Positions 51,522 to 64,000 of a DNA stretch of 64,000 nucleotides are shown one piece after another. The notes under the pieces are model-generated. The model had not been told where the DNA came from. It worked only from the letters and a program-made list of their open reading frames with translations, and did not search any database. Location: the NCBI RefSeq assembly GCF_036321535.1, contig NC_087436.1, positions 11,904,001 to 11,968,000 of the forward strand, given 5' to 3'. The stretch's first letter is position 1, and each line of letters opens with the position of its first letter. The position numbers and the translations under genes are program-made. This stretch comes from Camelus dromedarius. Lineage: Eukaryota.

Positions 51522-52122
51522 TGTTGCAGAAAAACGTGTTACAGCTCAGTGTTACAGAAACTTGGATCCCGGCGAGAGACCAAGCAGCACCTGGAGTTGG
51601 AGAACTCAAATTTATTACGCCAGCAGGCCCAGAGGAGTTAACACCCCAAGCTCTGGACCCCCTTTGTAGGTTTACACAAGCTTTTATAGGCTGCCAGTTT
51701 ACACTTTGCAACATCATATGCAAATAAGGTATAACAAAAGTTGACTAATTAGGAACAAGCTTTGTAGAAATGGACCAATCAGGAGGGAGAGAAATAATCA
51801 GTCAGGAGTGGGGGAAATGGACCAATCAGTAGTGAGAGAAATAATCAATTAGGAGTAAGCTCCATGCAAATAAAGTACTACAAATGGACCAATCAGAAGT
51901 TAGGGAAATGGACCAATCAGGAGTGAAGGAAATAACCAATCAGAAGTGAGCTCAGGGAACCAATAGAATTTTAAGGATAAGTTCCACTTTCCTAGAAGTA
52001 AGCTGTTTCAGAGGCAAAAAGTGAGATAGAGCCTCTGGGCCAGGGAACCGGATGGTGCTGGCAGGAGAGTAGTGGCCCTGCCTGGGGTCCTGCTGGTCTT
52101 TTTTATGGGGCTTCCCACCTCA
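51522..52122 (-). mobile_element. Young ERV1-class solo LTR (601 bp)
   Basis: TG...CA termini; exact 4-bp TSD ataa (51518-51521 / 52123-52126); minus-strand TATAAAA (51682-51688) and AATAAA (51611-51616). Confidence 0.9.
51718..51964 (-). promoter_or_regulatory. LTR U3 enhancer/promoter array: six CCAAT boxes and two octamers upstream of the TATA box
   Basis: ccaat at 51775, 51822, 51889, 51913, 51936 and 51960; atgcaaat at 51718 and 51864. Motifs are seen; activity is not shown. Confidence 0.6.
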
Positions 52123-52639
52123 ATAACATTGTGTTTACCCAGGGTATGAGTTTTGTAATTCTTTTCCAAAATCCCTGAGTCTTAGGGCTGTTAAGTGAGT
52201 GAACAATTTTACGTGTGATCTAATTAAAGTATCTTGTTTGCCTGCCATTCTACCAAATAGATCAATTCATTTGGTATATCAATTCCCTCTAAAAGGAAAA
52301 TTTAGGTCCTAAATTCTTGATGTGTTATGGCCTTTGGACAATGGCCACCATTTGCAGACCTATCAAAATTATAATAGTAGCTTCCGTCTCAAATCAGAAG
52401 GATGCTTGAAACTCAATTTACTCCTACCAGTTTTACATAACTTTCAGTGAGAATTATCTCCAAGTACTTGTTCAGCTCTCCCTCTGTCTGCATGGCCCAT
52501 TACACTCTTTTCAGCACCCTCTTTGTCTGCTTAGTTTTGGCTGTCACATGTGATCTGAGCACTGCTTAAAAGCTACAGCCTTGGCTCCATGATGCAATTA
52601 AACTCTGATGGGGGGAGGGGAGATGTGTTATCTATGGAT

Positions 52640-52740
52640 GCTCTCACTACATGGCAGAGTTTAGAAAAGACTGGATACCTCACAGAGCCTAAAATACTTA
52701 CTATCTGACCATATAAATAAAAACAATTTTGCCAGAAAAG
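52640..52740 (+). mobile_element. MER58-like hAT fragment
   Basis: cactacatggcagagtt...agcctaaaatacttactatctg. Confidence 0.65.
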
Positions 52741-53997
52741 TATTCCTTGGGAGCCATACACTTAGCACTCTATAAGTAAATAGTATATATTAACCTACAA
52801 CTTATGAGTTACAAATAAGAAATTAAAGCTCCTCGAGCAACTGTTATGGTTTAAATTCAGTTGTCACTATTTGCACTCTAGAATACATTGGCACTTAAAG
52901 TTGATATTAAATTTTATTTTTATTTTATTTTATTTTTGTTCTGATAAAGCTTTGTCACTATATTTCCAGTTTATACCTCAAAAAAGGTGAAAAATTTCCA
53001 CTGACATTCTCCATTTATAAAGGGCTTTCTTTGAAGCTTTTGAATGTATTAATATGATATAAAAGTTACTCTGTAAGAAGGAAGGAAATTCTCTCTTCTC
53101 CAATCCAGTCTTTGAATAACTACAGATCAATGTGTACATGCAGTGTCCTTGCTTTTATCTAATATGAAGAAAGCCAGTGTACTGATGGCCTCTGAAAGGT
53201 TTTCCAAGTTCGCCCCAGATGAAATAAACTCTCCTTAAGGCAAAATAAATGGGATCCTACAATGCTATTGATACAGTACGTGCCATTAACTATGTCTTTC
53301 CATTTTTAATAATACATTATAGCAGACAGAGGTAAATAGAAGAATCAGCTTTTACTACTGAGAAAGATATGAAAATTTTACTCCATCTATTATTTCTCTT
53401 TTAAAGGAATGCTCCCTCTAGAGTCTATTCTTTAAAAAAAATGCCAGTAATAGATAATCTAAGAAAAGGTGAAGTCGTTTGCTGACTTTCTTCAAAGTAA
53501 AGTGTTTATTTAGTTGATTCAGCAAAATATTCCAAACTGACTAAAGGCTTGAACAAATGTTTGATTTTTTTTTTTTTGGATCAATGATAATTTCTATTCT
53601 GTGAACGTCAGCCTATAAAAGCTCTTAAGTCACAAAATGCTGTGAAAATTTGGATTCATTTTTTAAAAATATTGTATGGCTTAGGAGAAGCTATAGTGGA
53701 CAATAAAAAATTTGAAGGGAAGAACATTTTCAAATGTCAAAGGAGAAATAGACCGGTTGTCCAATGAGTGGGCATTATTGGAGGAAATTCAAGCATTATG
53801 TTGTTGTTGATCTGTCAGTTATGCTTGTTGGATAAATAGCTCCATGTAGAATTCTCTGTTAAGCTACATTAGGGCAATACTATGAGATGTGTGTATCGGT
53901 GTGTGTGAATTCACACATATAATGCATAATGGTCACATGTTTGACACACTTATTGAGTGTAGCCAGTCATGTGATTGATTTCAGGCTATTTGGAGGT

Positions 53998-54016
53998 TAT
54001 ATACATACATATATAT

Positions 54017-54061
<45 letters not shown>
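53998..54061. repeat. (TA)n/(CA)n microsatellite
   Basis: Read directly from the sequence. Confidence 0.95.
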
Positions 54062-54688
54062 GAGTATAAACATATGTATATATGTAAACAGTCTTATACA
54101 GTCTTCAGAACTGATGATCTCAGAGGAAAAAGAAATCCTCCTTCAATCCCCAGCATTTAATTCAAACCTGCAAATGGCTCTCCATGACCTTTCACCAATT
54201 ATCCATCTGGACTAATTAATGTGTCCAGGCATTTTGAGTACTCTGCACAGCTCAAGTTATGTGCCCACTTCTGTGGAAGGAGAGAACAAATTCTTTTATG
54301 GATAACAGACCCAAACACCGAAGAAGGTAATACATACAATGCAAAGAAGGATTTTGCAGTAGAAGAATGGGGAGGGGTGGTCGCAGGCAGAAAACAGATT
54401 ATTTCTCCAACTTCTGTACTTGAACTCTTGATCAAAATAGAATGTTTGTGGCACCCCCAGTGTTTGACCAGGGCACATCAATTAGTCTTGACACTACCTC
54501 TGAAGATAGCTATTTGAGTGGGCTTTAATGCAAGTGCCTGCCCATAAAAGTCATTGGACAATTCTTAGAACAAGTCTCCAGATTATTCTTCACATTCTTC
54601 TCTAGTGAATTAGAAATGTCAAGGAGGGAAAGAGAATTTAGATCATACATGGAATCCAATAACTCCTGTGTTTCGGACAGCAATATTT

Positions 54689-54866
54689 TTTTAAACTTTT
54701 TTATTGAGTTATAGTCATTTTACAAAGTTGTGTCAAATTCCAGCGTAGAGCACAATTTTTCAGTTATACATGAACATCGTATATTCATCGTTACGTTTTT
54801 TTGCTGTGAGCTCCCACAAGACCTCGTATATATTTCCCTGTGCTATACCGTATAATCTTGTTTATT
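54689..54866 (-). mobile_element. Young, severely 5'-truncated L1 (178 bp)
   Basis: Exact 14-bp TSD ggacagcaatattt (54675-54688 / 54867-54880); L1 3' UTR tip ttccctgtgctata. Confidence 0.9.
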
Positions 54867-55285
54867 GGACAGCAATATTTAAATTGCAGGATGTCCTGTA
54901 TGTAACATTAGTAAACACTGACTTTTTATGAAAGTTGAAGAAATTACTGCAGTTATCTTTTCTTTTTCCTATACTTTCTAAACTACTAAATGGTTAGAGT
55001 ATGATTTTGTTGGAAGATGCTGTGTTAGAGATGTGACGTGTTGGAAGCTTCTTATGTAAATATCATACAACTGAATTATTTGCTTTTTGAGCATGTGAAC
55101 CAGAATTAGCCAACAATGACCCAAAAGATGCATCTCAAGACTTTTTATATAATTTATACCCATATGCAAATGAATATTTTATATACCATATAATTTAAAT
55201 CCCTCTAAAGTCCAGGTACCTGGGAACTATAAAGGTATGTGTTTTCACAAGAAAGAAAAAAGTAATTAAATTATTTTTATTAAAT

Positions 55286-55508
55286 CAAGGCTTCCAAATT
55301 TTTCTGATCATGCATTTATATAAAAAAAATAGTATGAGTTAGCATATCAATATATACTTTTTAATTTATAAATGATAGACACTACTCTATATTTTAAATA
55401 TAAGTAAAGCTTGATTTCTTCATATTTTAAAATTAAAAATAAGTATAAACAGATGTTCTTTTCTCATCCCAGGAGATGCTCTTCCATACCCTCCTTTAGA
55501 GACCACTG
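55286..55508. mobile_element. Possible hAT-Charlie MITE
   Basis: caaggcttccaaatttt...ctttagagaccactg ends with an AT-rich core. Confidence 0.4.
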
Positions 55509-56049
55509 ATTTGAATGAAAACTAGGAAATAAGAAAAAAAATAGATGCTATGTACTTTATTCCACTTGAAATTCTGTTAAATTGTCCACATAGTAAATTT
55601 TCTTTTGTTTATTGAATTATATCTCCTCATGGGATGACTTTGGTCAGTATTATTACTTCATGGAGTTGGCCTTCAAAGACTTGCCAGTACTGGTCATACA
55701 GGTTATAAAGCTGTGTGTGCATATATGTACCTGTGCTTTTTTTTTTTTTCCCCTTGGTTTTTCCTGATTTTAACCCTAAAATTCAAAAATTTTGTGAGAT
55801 GATCTTTTGAGTACCTTACCATCAGAAGTATTTCCAAATGCTCCAAATGGTAGAGAACAAGTTCCAAAGATGAACCTGGAGGCACCATAAAGTAAAAGTT
55901 AACCACAGTTTCCTGCATCCCTCTTTTCTTCCACAATTATGTTCATCATTTGAATCTCCTCACTGTTGAGTCTTTCAATTACATTTCTGTCAGAGTATTT
56001 AGGAAATAAAGCTTACCTCCCAGGTTATATGGGCTTAAAATACGAATTC

Positions 56050-57210
56050 TACACAAAAACAGATACAGATCAGTGGAACAGGGTAGAAGGTCCAGAAATA
56101 AACCATGCACTTATGGTCAATTAATCTATGAAAAAGGAGACAAGAATATACAATGGAGAAAAGACAGTCTCTTCAATAAGTGGTGCTGGGAAAACTGGAC
56201 AGCTACCTGTGAAAGAATGAAATTAGAACATTCTCTAGCACAATACACAAAAATAAACTCAAAATGGATTAAAGACTTGAATGTAAGACCAGATACTATA
56301 AAACTCCTAGAGGAAAACATAGGCAAAACACTCTCAGACATAAATCACAGCAATATATATTTTTGAACCAGCTCCTGGTGTAATGAAAATAAAAGCAAAA
56401 ATAAACCAATGGGATCTAATTAAGAGTAAAAGCCTTTGCACAGCTAAGGATACCATCAACAAAACAAAAAGACAACCTACAGAATGGGAGAAAATATCTG
56501 CAAATGATGAGACTGACAAGGGACTAATTTCCAAAATATACAAAATATAAAAAAAGAAAAACCTAATTCAAAAATGGGCAGAAGACCTAAACAAGCAATT
56601 CTCCAGTGAAGACATACAAATGGCCAATAGGCACGTGAAAAAATTCTCAGCATCACTTAATTGTCAGAGAAATGCAGATCAAAACTACAATGAGATATCA
56701 CCTCACACCAGCCAGAATGGCCATTCTGAAAAAGTCTACAAAGGATAAATGTTGGAGAGGCTGTGGAGAAAAGGGAACCTTCCTACACTTTTGGTGGGAG
56801 TATAGATTGGTACAGCCATTATGGAGGACAGTATGGAGATTCCTTAAAAAACTAAAAATAGACTTACTATGTGATCCAGCAATCTCACTCCTGAGCATAT
56901 ACCTAGAGGAAAATATAATTTAAAAAGACACATTCACCCCAATGTTCATAGCAGCAGTATTTACAATAGCCAAGACATGGAAACAACACAAATGTCTATC
57001 AACAGATGACTGGATAAAGAAGATGTGATATATACATATACACACAATAGAATACTACTGAGCCATAAAAAAGAATAAAATAATGCCATCTGCAGCAACA
57101 TGGATGGAACTGGAGATCATCATTCTAAGTGAAGTGGGTCGGAAGGAGAAAGAAAAGTATCATATGATATCACTTATATGTGGAATCTAAAAAAAAGGAC
57201 ACAGATGAAC
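56050..57210 (+). mobile_element. L1 ORF2 3' region; 5'-truncated and lacking the terminal 3' UTR
   Basis: ORFs 56073-56366 ([13 protein letters not shown]...[13 protein letters not shown]) and 56672-56923 are L1 ORF2. Confidence 0.95.
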
Positions 57211-57829
57211 TATTGTTTGTAACTTAGATGATTGATTTCTTGAATACATGTAAGCACATTTGACTGTCCTTTATGATTGGATTACCACATTCTGTTGATT
57301 CTTATTTGGTGGTTGGCTTTATTCCTTTGATAAATATGTCAGTTTAAAAAGCTAAAACTCTACACTTTTCTTAGAAACAATGATCAGTACATGTATGTAA
57401 ACTAAAAGTAAATGTGCAGTATATTGTATATATGTATTTACATGCAATATATTGTATATGTGCAGCCAAATTTTAACAATTCTATCTAAACTGAAAAATG
57501 AAAAAAAATATGAACCCTTGAACACCTAAATTACTTCAAGTTTCAAAGACAATGCTGGTGAGAGTTGATATATTTCACTACAATTCTCTTTTTCTTCTTC
57601 CTAAATCTTCACTAGAATAAAGTCTTTCAGAAAATGTAGGAATTCCTTAAACTTTGAGTTGGGGAGTGAGAGAAAGAATTGACATGGACACTGAAAGGAC
57701 AAAACACACACCCTAAGAGTTTGTTTTAGCACATATTATATATTTTAAATTTTCTAACTGTCTAAATCAGATCTGCATAACACAAATGATTTGAGAAGGT
57801 TGTTGCTAAATAAATATAAATTTAGGCTA

Positions 57830-58282
57830 CACTCATACAACTCCATAACAACAAAAAAAAAAATCCAATCAAAAAATGGGAAGACCTAAATAGACATTTC
57901 TCCAAAGAAGACATACAAATGGCCAGTAGACATATGAAAAGATGCTCAGTCTCACTAATTATCAGAGAAATGCAAATCAAAACTACAACGAGGTGTCACC
58001 TCACACAGTTCAGAATGGTTGGCATTAAAAAGTTCACAAACAATAAATGCTGAAGAGGATGTGCAGAAAAGGGAATCTTCCTACACTATTGGTGGGAATG
58101 TAATTTGGTGCAGCCACTATGAAAAACAATATGGCAATTTCTTAAAAAACTAAAAATAGAGTTAGCATATAATCCAGCAATCCTACTCCTGAATGTATAT
58201 CCAGAGAAAACTCTTTTTGAAAAAGATACATGCAACCTAAATGTCCATCGATAGATGACTGGATAAAGAAGATGTGGTATGT

Positions 58283-58323
<41 letters not shown>

Positions 58324-58615
58324 GGAATACTACTCAGTCACAAAAAAGAATGAAATAATGCCATTTGCAGCAACATACCAAAGAAGAAAGTAGTAGGGAG
58401 AGATAAATTAAGAGTTTGTGATTAACAGATATATACCACTATATGTAAAATAGATAAACAACAAGGTCCTACTGTATAGCACAGGGAACTATATTCAGTA
58501 TCTTGTAATAGCCTATAATAAAAAATATGAAAAAGAATATATATGTATAACTGAATCACTATGCTGTGCACCAGCAACTAACACAACAGTGTAAACCAAC
58601 TATCCTTCAACAAAA
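57830..58615 (+). mobile_element. L1 3' portion with internal deletions
   Basis: ORF2 tail plus 3' UTR (gtatagcacagggaactatattca); degenerate TSD aaataaatataaatttaggcta / aaataagcataattcaggcta. Confidence 0.9.
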
Positions 58616-59007
58616 AATAAGCATAATTCAGGCTATAATTTGGCTCATCTTTGAGATTCACATCATTTAATAAATCAATAAATGGTAAAAAATTTTCATT
58701 GTTCAAAATTGAGTATGAAAATATATTGTTGCCCTTCAAAATAAAACATTTTTGTGAATTTAAATATTTGAAAATAAAATAAGTTGTGTTTAATTTACTC
58801 ATGATAGGTTTGCTTAGAATTCTTTTTCTCCTTTTTAGTCATGGTTTTAGGAACACGAACTCTGATGTAATTATACAATTATAGAATTAAAACGATTGGG
58901 AATGGCCTTGAACAGTAATTTAATCTACTCCCCTTCAGGTAACACTACACCCAATTCATTTCAGACAGGTGAAAATCTACTCTGCTTTTAAATTCCTTCT
59001 CCTCTGC

Positions 59008-59102
59008 TTAGGTTAAATGGTAGCCCTTGAAAAGCTATGTCCATATCATAATTCCCAGAACCTGTGAATGTGACCTGATTTGGAAAGAGGACCTTTGCAG
59101 AT
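59008..59102 (+). mobile_element. MLT1C/D 5' fragment
   Basis: cccagaacctgtgaatgtgacctgatttggaaagaggacctttgcagat. Confidence 0.75.
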
Positions 59103-59284
59103 CTAGAGAAACTGGATTTTAGCCTCTTCTTTATATTACATTTCCCCCCCTGAATTTGCTTTCTGGTTTCTACAAGCTAAGCTGGCTCTTTCTTCATTCT
59201 TGTATTATACTCAGAACTAATCACAACCTTGCACTTCATGTTTCTCTAAAAAATATTAGTTGCCTAAAAATGTTGGTCAAGTCT

Positions 59285-59475
59285 CTCCAATTTTCAAACT
59301 GTAGTATAAATAAGAATCATTGGTAGATTATTATAAAATGCACATTGTTTGAGACCTATATCTAGGAATTCATTTGGTCTGATGCAAGGCTCACAAATTG
59401 GCATTTATTTTTATTCTTTTTAGCAACTCCCTATAATTCTAATGCCGGGGGTTTGTGTGCCACACTTTGGGAGAA
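59285..59475. mobile_element. MER5-type hAT element
   Basis: ttcaaactgtag...aagaatca...aaaatgca...ccacactttggga. Confidence 0.6.
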
Positions 59476-60767
59476 AAGTTCTTGTCCACCCTGGCTCATC
59501 TGATGGCAGTAAGCTCTAGTGAAAAACCAGAGTGTCTAGGCTTTATGTCTCAATTATAATTCAAATTCCGTTTTTTTCTCAAACTAATTTCTATGCAATT
59601 AAACCTAATTTTTTTTCTGTGACTGTGAGAACTAATGCTTATTCCTAAAGTTTTCAGGGCTCCTCAGCACTTTGTTCTGCTTGCTTGACAGTTTAATTCA
59701 TTTTCCCTGTTAGGGATTTAGGAGAAATGGGTGGGGAGCCCCCTCCCCATGTAGCATTCCCCATGACCTGCACACCCTCTCCATCATCTCCCCTCCTACC
59801 TCCTGCACCTCCCAGTGCTGGGGCATATGATCTCATTCTTCCAAGTCAGGATTTTGTACGTGAACGTCACAAATAAATAACGAGCATATTTGCTATTATT
59901 AGCTCAATGTATAGAAATCAGAAGGTAAGCTATTGTATTAGAATTGTATTTACTTTTTCATCCTCAGTGTTCTAGGAGCTGGATGGATCACTCTGGCAAA
60001 GAGCAGGTTCATAGTTTCACTAGTACTTACAGTTTCTTGACTCTTACTGGGAATCCTGAACTCCATTTTGATTTCCAGTTTTTAAATGAAGATGAATTTT
60101 TTATTTAGATGCACTGGGAGATACTGTTTCAGCTGGCTAACATCTGGATGCTTTCTCAGTGCATGCCGAAGTCAGCATTTCTAGCGCTGGGTAGTTTGTT
60201 CCGGGAACACAAAGTGCTTGTTATTTGCCATTTTTATTTTCTCTGACTTTTGAGAACGATTCATGCTTCAAAAGTGCAAACTTAAAGGGAAAAATGAATT
60301 AAAGCTGATAGAGTTCAAAATGTTGGTATTCTTGATTGTTGTCTCCAGGGTTCATCCTAAAATTATTCTTTTTCAGAAGATATCCATAAAAGAACGATCA
60401 GGCTAGATTATTCTTACTTCTTTTTATATAGACTACAACTAGTCATTCATGACTCTAAAGTTTCCACTTTATGGGAATCTCTTGGAATCATAGAATGCAT
60501 CACTCAATCTTGAAAGGATTTTAGAGATTATGAGTTTAGACTTCCTATGCAGTTCAGAAGCATTCTCTGCCAAATCTTTGGCAAAGTTCACACAGGCTTT
60601 CTGCTCAGTGGGCACTATTCACAGTGTGCTCTCTTTGGGTGAAAATTAGCTCCTTCATTGATTTAACTTGCAAGCATATTATTAAATTCCATTAATAATA
60701 TGGGAAATAGCTTCAATTATTCATTCATTTACTCATTAATTCACTCCACCACTTGATCCAAGAGATT

Positions 60768-60945
60768 CAGTATTATGGTGGAAGTGGGCTAGGGTGGTAA
60801 GCTTGGTAGTTAGACAAACCTGACTCTTTCACAAATTTATTTTATGTGACAAGTTAGTTAAATTTCTAAGCCTAATGTTCTTTATCTGTTAATGGGAATT
60901 TAATAATGGTACCTATTTCACCGAGTTGTTGTGAGGACTGAGTGT
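60768..60945 (+). mobile_element. MIR
   Basis: caagttagttaaatttctaagcct...taatggtacctatttcaccgagttgttgtgaggactgag. Confidence 0.75.
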
Positions 60946-61457
60946 GTGTTGGGAAATTAACAAATAACTCATGTCAATTACTAGTATGAGTTACTAGTTT
61001 TCAATCACATTATAACAGGGAGAGAAAATGTCTCTATATTTTAACAATATACAGGATGGTAGTAAGATTCATCAGCATATCTGCGGAGAGTGGGACTCTA
61101 TCAAAGTTCCCTTTGTTTATGCAAAGGAAATCAGAGAGGCTAGTCCATCTTTTTACAGGAAAGCTGATTTGAAAGTTTGAGAATGGGTGAGGGTCATGGC
61201 TTCTCCGACAGACAGAGGTAGTCAGAGGGAGCTCCACCCCAGCAATGAGGTGAAAAAAGGGAAAATAGCAGAAAAAAAGCTCAGGAATTCCTGCCTGCCT
61301 CCCATGCATTGATTCTTCTGGACTTTGTAAAAACATTTCAGCAGTGACTCATGTTTATGCTGCAATGATGGCGGAAATGGTGATCCAAGAAAAATGGAGA
61401 ACATGAGAATATTAAAATTGTTATATATAAGATGCAAAATAACAAAAATTAGACATA

Positions 61458-62460
61458 AGTTATTCAATAAATATTTATCGAGCTCCTATTCTATTGTGGT
61501 TTCTGGAGATAATTCAGAAAAGAAAGATACAAAAGAAAGAAATTTTCATAACATTTATGTTCTAGAGAGTGGATGCAGAAATGGTAAATACATAAATATC
61601 TCATAGTCAGTAAGTACAATGTCAGGGGACAAAGAGTGATGGAGGACAAGACAGAGTCCTCTTTGAAAGGTGAGCACAAATCTGAAAGGTGTAAGAGAAA
61701 GCTGTGGGGAGATTAAGAGATAGTGCATTTGGGGCAGAGGGAATAGTAACTGCACGCGTTCCTGAGCTAGGATTATGCCAGGGTAAGTGAGTGGAATAAG
61801 ATGCTGGGAGTGTGGAGGAAATGAGTTCAAAGAGGCAGACTAAGGCTGCAGAGAAAGAAAAGGAAAAATAAGGGTAGGAACCGAAATTGAAGTCAGGAAT
61901 GGTGCTTAATGAAGGTAACATTTAAATAAGTGAGGTGGACTAAAATCTAGGAGACTTCTCTAGAGAGCTCTTGTGCAACAGTTTCTAGATGTTAGAAGAT
62001 GAAGGTGAGCACTGGGATGTCATGGGGGGAAGACAGATGAAGTAATGAATCTGAAACTATTCAGGGAAAGAATGGAAGGCTTGGTAAACTGGACCTAGAA
62101 GAAGAAGGAGAGGGCTGACCCAAAGACCATCCTGACGTCTAGAGTCTTGCTAACTGGGACAACTCTGTGTGGGTACCGCTGACAGAGAAGGCAGCTAGAG
62201 AACAATCAGATGATAATGAGCATCAGTGTTGCATATGCTTGGGGAGAGCTGGTGGCAACATACGCCAGTGGAAATTTCCAACGAAAAGTTAAGCCATTTA
62301 TTCAAAGAATCTGGCAACAGAAGAGAGAAAGAGCACAGTACTTAGAGGATCCACAAAAATGGCATAAAAAACAGAGCTATTGGAGATGGATAAATGCAAG
62401 GCAAAATCTTTTGGAAGTTAGAGAAGAATAAAATCTAGGATTCCGTGCTGTGAATGAATG
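61458..62460 (-). mobile_element. L2 fragments
   Basis: ttcaataaatatttatcgagctcctatt; catttggggcagagggaatag; gcatcagtgttgcatatgct. Confidence 0.65.
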
Positions 62461-62484
62461 GGTAGGTTATAGGATTTTTAAAAA

Positions 62485-64000
62485 AAAATTGGAGTATACT
62501 CAGTTACAATGTAACAATTTCTGGCATACAGCACAATGCCTTAGTAATACATATACATACATATATTTGTTTTCATATTCTTTTTCTTTATAGATTATTA
62601 GAAGATATTGAATATACTTCCCTGCGCTACACAGAAGAAACTTGTTCTTTATCTATTTTGTATACAGTAGTCAGTATTTGCACATCTCAAACTCCCAACT
62701 TATCCCTTCCAAACTCCCCTCCCCCCAGCAACCACAAGTTTGTTTACTATGTCTATGAGTCTGTTTCTGTTTTGTAAGTAAGTTCATTAGTGTCTTCTTT
62801 TTTCTTTTCATCTTACTTTAAAAATTATTTTTTTTTAGATTCCAGGTATGAGTGATATCATATGGCATTTTTGTTTCTCTTTCTGGCTTAGTTCACTTAG
62901 AATGAGGATCTCCAGATCCACCCATGTCCCTGGCATTATTTTATTCTTTTTTTAATGTCTGAGTAGTATTCCATTGTATAAATATACCACAGCTTCTTTA
63001 ACCAGTCATCTGTTGATGGACGTTTAGGCTGTTTCCATGTCTTAGCTATTGTATATAGTGCTGCTATGAACACTGAGTGCATGTGTCTTTTCAAATTAGA
63101 GTTCCTTCCAGATATATGCCCAGGAGTGGAATTGCTGGATCATATGGTAAGTCTATTCTTAGTTTCTTGGGGAATGTCCATACTGTTTTCCATAATGGTT
63201 GCACCAAACTGCATTCCCACCAACAGTGTAGGAGGGTTCCATTTTCTCCACAGCCTCTCCAGCGTTTATAATTCATGGACTTTTTAATGATGGCCATTCT
63301 GACTGGTGTGAGATGACACCTCATTGTAGTTTTGATTTGCATTTCTCTGATAATTAGTGATACTGAACATTTTTTTCATATGCCTGTTGGCCATTTGTAT
63401 GTCTTCACTGGAGAATTGTTTAGTTCTTGTGCCCATTTTTGGATTGGGTTGTTTGGTTTTTGTATTATTAAGTCATTTGAGCTGTTTATACATTCTGGAA
63501 ATTGAACCTTCATCAGCTGCATCACCTGAAAATATTTTCTCCCATTCCATAGGTTGTCATTTTATTTTGCTTGTGGTTTCCTTTGCTGTGCAAAAGCTTA
63601 TAAATTTGACTAGGTCCCATTTGTTTATTTTTGCTTTATTTTCATTGCCTGAGTAGATTGCCCTAGGAGAGAACATTGTTAAGATTTATGTCCAAAAATA
63701 TTTTGCCTATATTTTCTTCTAGGAATTTTATACTGTCTTGTCTTATACTTAAGTCTTTAAGCCATTTTGAGTTTATTTTTGTGTATGTGTGAGGGACTGT
63801 CCTAATTTCATTAATTTACATGTGGTTGTCCATTTTTCCTAGCATCACTTGCTGAAGAGACTGTCTTTTATCCATTGTAAATTCTTTCCTCCTTTTTGAA
63901 GATTAATTGGCCATAAGCCTGTGGGTTTATTTCTGGGCTCTTTATTCTGTTCCATTGATCCATATGTCTGTTTTTCTGCCAATACCACACTGTTTTGATG
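62485..64000 (-). mobile_element. Young L1 3' UTR and ORF2 end, continuing beyond the window
   Basis: ORF 63091-63342(-) [19 protein letters not shown]...CWRGCGE...[12 protein letters not shown]; 3' UTR homologous to 42560-42860. Confidence 0.95.

Noticed and set aside
51771..51964. Regularly spaced repeats resembling a CRISPR-like array
   Set aside because: Eukaryotic LTR U3 tandem repeats without unique spacers.
54221..54517. 98-aa ORF in unique sequence
   Set aside because: Non-ATG start, no recognised homology and no exon boundaries.

Overview
Mammalian genomic DNA, AT-rich, with no recognisable host exon; it is intronic or intergenic. It is probably from a camelid: the young L1 3' ends are cetartiodactyl-type and no lineage-specific tRNA-derived SINE is visible. 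Most of the window is transposon debris: L1 of several ages, L2, MIR, CR1/L3, MaLR/ERVL/ERV1 LTRs, and hAT and Tigger fossils, often nested. The standout is a ~730-bp non-repeat insert at 25036-25766 with full L1 retrotransposition hallmarks: a 14-bp target-site duplication (TSD), a TT/AAAT cleavage site and a decayed poly(A). Its frameshift-corrected translation aligns collinearly, down to the stop codon, with the C-terminal ~230 aa of the Borna disease virus (BoDV-1) L polymerase as I recall that sequence. It is therefore a candidate endogenous bornavirus-like L element (EBLL), pending a real alignment. Other points: an ERV1 solo LTR with a CCAAT/octamer array, a twin-primed L1 inversion, nested insertions, and local CpG-rich patches inside ancient repeats. 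Repeat subfamily names come from recalled consensus motifs, not a search, and boundaries without TSDs are approximate.
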